From: Kiritimatiellia bacterium
GTDB lineage: Bacteria; Verrucomicrobiota; Kiritimatiellia; RFP12; UBA1067
Assembly (NCBI GenBank): GCA_050949565.1
Contig: JBMNFY010000007.1
Location: forward strand, 96,001 to 160,000
Length of the DNA stretch: 64,000 nt
Direction of reading: 5' to 3'
Shown here: positions 60,422 to 64,000 of the stretch, piece by piece
Layout of the letters: the number at the start of each line of letters is the position of its first letter
Position numbering within the stretch: the stretch's first letter is position 1
Position numbers and translations under genes: made by a program
The notes under the pieces: generated by a model
The model's database searches: none
Told to the model about the DNA's origin: nothing
What the model saw: only the letters and a program-made list of their open reading frames with translations

Positions 60422-60578
60422 AAGAGAAAATGAAAATGTAGTACATTCATAAACACCAATGCGCTTGATCTCGTGGTGCCGCAAGATGGGACATTACGGT
60501 TTTGTATTTCTATGAACGGAGGAGGTGTTTCGCGTAACGAAACACTGCTATACCTCAAGCCTGGAGAGAGGGCTGGTA

Positions 60579-60784
60579 TTTTCCACATATTGAAAGGTGT
60601 GGAGATAAAAGAACGGCGGTTGACACAGGGGCGAAAACATTAAAAACCCTTTATTTACTACTATTTTCCGTACTATCGGCTTCCATTTTCTCTCTGGCTA
60701 CTTTTCCACACCTTTCAAGGTGTGGAAGTGGAGTGGGGCGTTTTTGGGAGGACTCTTTTTTGACACAGAGACGTAGGGGATTGG
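60579..60784. repeat. ~200-bp palindrome-bearing repeat, copy 2
   Basis: Direct copy of 57207-57408. Confidence 0.88.
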
Positions 60785-60801
60785 CTCTATGAAAGCGACG
60801 C

Positions 60802-60830
60802 TTGACCCTGGCAATCAGAATGAATACGAT
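60802..60830 (+). promoter_or_regulatory. Recurrent sigma70-like promoter, copy 3
   Basis: TTGACC-17-TACGAT. Confidence 0.7.
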
Positions 60831-60856
60831 CTTGCTCCATCAGTTTGGTGTGCAAC

Positions 60857-61297
60857 ATGAACTCATTCGAGAAAGCGGTGTACAGCGTCCTTGATGTCTG
60901 CATCTCCTCCGATGTCGGACTGGTTGTTTTTCTTTTAGGCGGCTTCGTGCTTTGCGGTATCTTTTCCCTTCTGCTCCTCGTCCCATGATCACGTCAGATT
61001 CCACACCGTTTCTATGTCGCTGCGGCTGCGGCACTTCCGGTGATCGTCCTAATCTATGCTCTGGTTTTCCATCTATTGGTCAGGGGCCGAAAGCCGACTA
61101 TCATGTTGGCGCTCAGCCCTGCGCTCCTGGCAGTCATCCCGTCGGTCGTTGCCTTGGTCTCTACTATCCGGAGAGACTCGGTGCCAAGGCGCGCTCTTAT
61201 CGTCGTCGTATTGGTTTGCGTGATTCTCGTTCAACTCTGGACGGCACTTGTCCTTTGGCTTGCGACGAACTATGGATTCATGGGAGCTTCGTGTTGA
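60857..61297 (+). pseudogene. Multi-TM membrane protein with an internal TGA
   Basis: MNSFEKAVY...LLLVP*SRQIPH...; TGA at 60986-60988 is in frame with ORF 61040-61297. Confidence 0.7.
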
Positions 61298-61340
61298 TAA
61301 CAACATCAACTGCGCGAGTTGATTAACTGAAAAGCGACAC

Positions 61341-61369
61341 TTGACCCCAACAATCAGAACGAATACGAT
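61341..61369 (+). promoter_or_regulatory. Recurrent sigma70-like promoter, copy 4
   Basis: TTGACC-17-TACGAT. Confidence 0.7.
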
Positions 61370-61439
61370 TTTGATCGGATGAGGGGGGGGGCTATTCGCC
61401 CTTGTGAGGTGGATCGAACGACACTGTTGAGAGATAAAC

Positions 61440-61935
61440 ATGAAGATGGGGTTGATACTCTTGGCCTTGATGCTTTGCCCGTCCGGCGGAATATGGGCCA
61501 ATGAGCGCCCGCAAATGCTCGACATTGCCGTCGGCGGTTTTGATGGTCCATCGTACAGCGTCACGCTTACAAACGGTGTCTTGGCATATCGATCCGGCGG
61601 AAGTATGTCTCTGCTCGCTCTTGGAGACAAAGCCGGAGATAGTCTCACCGACCGATTCCGAATGGAGAGCGTTCAGAACCTCGCGCGATCAGATCGGGGC
61701 CTGGAACTGGAAGACAAACTACGTGGACCCGAACGTACTGGATGGTACGGAATGGCATGTCATAGTGAAGTATGGCTCGAAGGCCGTTGAGAGTGAAGGA
61801 GCAAACGCTTATCCACACGGGAAGGGCGCAGATCCAGGCCCTGCCTTCAAAAAACTGCTGACCGCAGTGAGCAAATTGCTTTCGGAGAGAGAGTTCAAAT
61901 GCTGGTCGAATTTGAGGCCGGAGGGTACACACTAA
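61440..61935 (+). pseudogene. Secreted hypothetical protein, frameshifted near 61600-61630
   Basis: Signal-peptide ORF 61440 (GGFDGPSYSV) continues in ORF 61501-61935 (W.WKTNYVDPNVLDGTEW...GANAYP). Confidence 0.7.
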
Positions 61936-61960
61936 GAATGAAATCAATTCTCGCGTGCGT

Positions 61961-62303
61961 GCACGGGCGAGATCGGCAACGGATACAGCGCCTGCCTGGC
62001 GGTCGCCTGCGAGAGCGGCGGCCGCCGGATCACGCCGTTGCACATGCGGCTGTGGTCGAGCGAGGCGGAGGGCTTCATCAGCCAGAACGGTGAGGTGCTC
62101 GGCGTCATCGACCGGATCAGCTCCCGCGCGAAGAAGCGCGGCGTCTACGTCATCGACCGAGGAGGCGACGGAGACTGGCTGTTCGACGGCCTCGGACGGC
62201 TCTGCGCCACAGAAAATGGAACGGCTACAAGCCGCCAGACCCCGAATCAAACCCGCTCGGACTGGTCTTTCTGGAATGACCAGATTTTTTGGGGAAACTC
62301 CTT
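61961..62303 (+). mobile_element. Internally deleted, diverged remnant of the IS4-like element with its right IR
   Basis: Matches ~15260-15489 fused to ~16048-16171 at the shared CGACGGCCT. Confidence 0.88.
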
Positions 62304-62352
62304 GCACCTAAAGCGTTGTTGGCCACGTCTAAATCGGGTATAGTATCCTTCC

Positions 62353-62862
62353 ATGATTCGGACGGGAATAGGGTATGACTCGCATCGGCTGGCCGAAGGG
62401 CGTCGTCTGGTTATCGGAGGGGTCGAGATTCCGCATACGTGCGGGCTGCTCGGGCACTCTGATGCTGACGTGCTGGTCCATGCGCTGTGCGATGCCTTGC
62501 TCGGTGCGGTCGCTGACGGCGATATAGGCACTCACTTCCCCGACCGCGATCCGCAGTGGGAAGATGCCGACAGCACGGTGTTGCTGCGCCAGGTGACGGA
62601 GCGTTTAACGCAGGCGGGCTGGCGCATTCTGAATACGGATGCCACGGTCGTGACTGAAGCGCCGCGCCTGGCGCCCTACATCCCTTCGATGCGGACGCGA
62701 CTGGCCGAGGTGATGGGGCTTGAGCCGTCGCGTGTGTCTGTCAAAGCCAAGAGCAATGAGGGCATGGATGCCGTCGGCCGCCGTGAGGGCATCGCCGCCA
62801 TGGCGGTGGCGACGGTCTGCCGTGCCTCTGCCGCCAACCTTTCACTTTCAGGAGATCAATAA
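62353..62862 (+). CDS. ispF: 2-C-methyl-D-erythritol 2,4-cyclodiphosphate synthase
   Basis: GIGYDSHRL, GHSDADV, DIGTHFPD, VSVKAK. Confidence 0.97.
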   Translation: MIRTGIGYDSHRLAEGRRLVIGGVEIPHTCGLLGHSDADVLVHALCDALLGAVADGDIGTHFPDRDPQWEDADSTVLLRQVTERLTQAGWRILNTDATVVTEAPRLAPYIPSMRTRLAEVMGLEPSRVSVKAKSNEGMDAVGRREGIAAMAVATVCRASAANLSLSGDQ

Positions 62863-62864
62863 CT

Positions 62865-64000
62865 ATGCACATTTACAACAGCCTGTCGCGCACCAAAGAG
62901 GAGTTGCGACCGATCGAGCCCGGCCATGTGAAGTTTTACACATGCGGGCCGACCGTCTACAACTTTGCGCATATCGGCAATTTCCGCGCCTACACCTTTG
63001 AGGATATCCTGCGGCGCGTCATCCTTTACAATGGCCTGCGGGTGACACAGGTGATGAATCTGACGGATATCGATGACAAGACGATCTGCGGCGCACAGGA
63101 AAAAGGCGTACCGCTGAAAAGTTTCACCAAGCCCTATATCGATGCGTTTTTCGATGACCTCAAGGCGTTGAACATTCAACCGGCCGAGCACTATCCGGCG
63201 GCGACCGACCACATTCCCGAGATGATCGCGCTGATCGCCAAGCTCTTCGAGCGCGGACTGGCCTACACCTCTGAGGACGGCTCGGTCTACTTCAGCGTGG
63301 ACAAGCTGCCGGGCTACGGCAAACTGGCGCGTCTCGACCGCCAAAATCTGCGGGCCGGTGCGCGCGTGGCGCAGGATGAGTATGAGAAGGAGAGCTACGG
63401 CGACTTTGCGCTGTGGAAGGCCTGGGACGAGGGCGATGGCGAGGTGGCATGGGATTCGCCGTGGGGTAGGGGGCGGCCGGGCTGGCACCTGGAGTGCTCG
63501 GCGATGTCTATGCACTATCTGGGCGAAACCTTCGACCTGCACACCGGCGGCATCGACAATCTCTTTCCGCATCACGAGAACGAGATCGCGCAGTCTGAAG
63601 GTGCGACCGGCAAACCGTTTGTGACCTACTGGATGCACTGCGCGCATCTGCGCGTCAACGGCGAGAAGATGTCGAAATCGCTCGGTAACTTTTTCACCTT
63701 GCGCGACCTGATCGAGAAAGGCTGGAGCGGGCGTGAGATCCGCATGGTGTTGATCAACGGCCACTACCGTCAGCCGCTCAACTTTACCTTTGACGCGCTG
63801 GAGGCGGCGCGCACCGCGTTGGCCCGTATCGACGAGTGTGTGGACGCGCTTGAAGAGTACGCGGACGGTGCCGCGCCTGCCGACAGCGTGCCGGTCTGGG
63901 CGTCCGAGGCGCGCGATGCGTTCACGGCGGCGGTCAACGACGACCTCAATATCCCGGAGGCGTTTGCCGCGCTGTTCGCGTTGGTGCGCGGCAGCAACAG
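62865..64000 (+). CDS. cysS: Cysteine--tRNA ligase, 3' end outside window
   Basis: MHIYNSL...YTCGPTVYNFAHIGN, DFALWK, GRPGWHLECSAM, FPHHENE, KMSKS. Confidence 0.97.
   Translation, partial: MHIYNSLSRTKEELRPIEPGHVKFYTCGPTVYNFAHIGNFRAYTFEDILRRVILYNGLRVTQVMNLTDIDDKTICGAQEKGVPLKSFTKPYIDAFFDDLKALNIQPAEHYPAATDHIPEMIALIAKLFERGLAYTSEDGSVYFSVDKLPGYGKLARLDRQNLRAGARVAQDEYEKESYGDFALWKAWDEGDGEVAWDSPWGRGRPGWHLECSAMSMHYLGETFDLHTGGIDNLFPHHENEIAQSEGATGKPFVTYWMHCAHLRVNGEKMSKSLGNFFTLRDLIEKGWSGREIRMVLINGHYRQPLNFTFDALEAARTALARIDECVDALEEYADGAAPADSVPVWASEARDAFTAAVNDDLNIPEAFAALFALVRGSN

Noticed and set aside
60986-60988. TGA recoding (selenocysteine or alternative genetic code)
   Set aside because: TGA terminates many normal genes here and the context is a membrane ORFan; a TGG-to-TGA nonsense change is simpler
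54634-61935. Complete integron or prophage
   Set aside because: No tyrosine recombinase, attI or phage genes; only degenerate attC-like traces

Overview
64-kb chromosomal window of a GC-rich bacterium. The gene content and C-terminal protein motifs suggest the PVC superphylum (Kiritimatiellae/Lentisphaerae-like); this is inference. In order it holds: a sugar-catabolism operon (FGGY kinase, iolB-like isomerase, PfkB kinase, MFS, four Tat-signal Gfo/Idh/MocA and TIM-barrel proteins); oligopeptide ABC ATPases; a repeat-dense intergenic hub with an ORF-less group IIC intron inserted in a REP-like element; two adjacent IS elements inside an inverted-repeat-bounded gene fragment; a heparinase II-like lyase; tRNA-Val; argF and pyrB; a ~21-kb operon of secreted proteins headed by a frameshifted giant protein ending in an Asn-less Hint domain; tsf and rpsB; two frameshifted surface-protein genes; an AT-richer array of ORFan genes separated by recurrent promoter-bearing junction repeats with integron-cassette-like signatures; then ispF and cysS. 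The strongest leads are the REP-targeting intron, the cassette array, and the Hint protein with its partner gene. All calls were made by eye, with no database searches.
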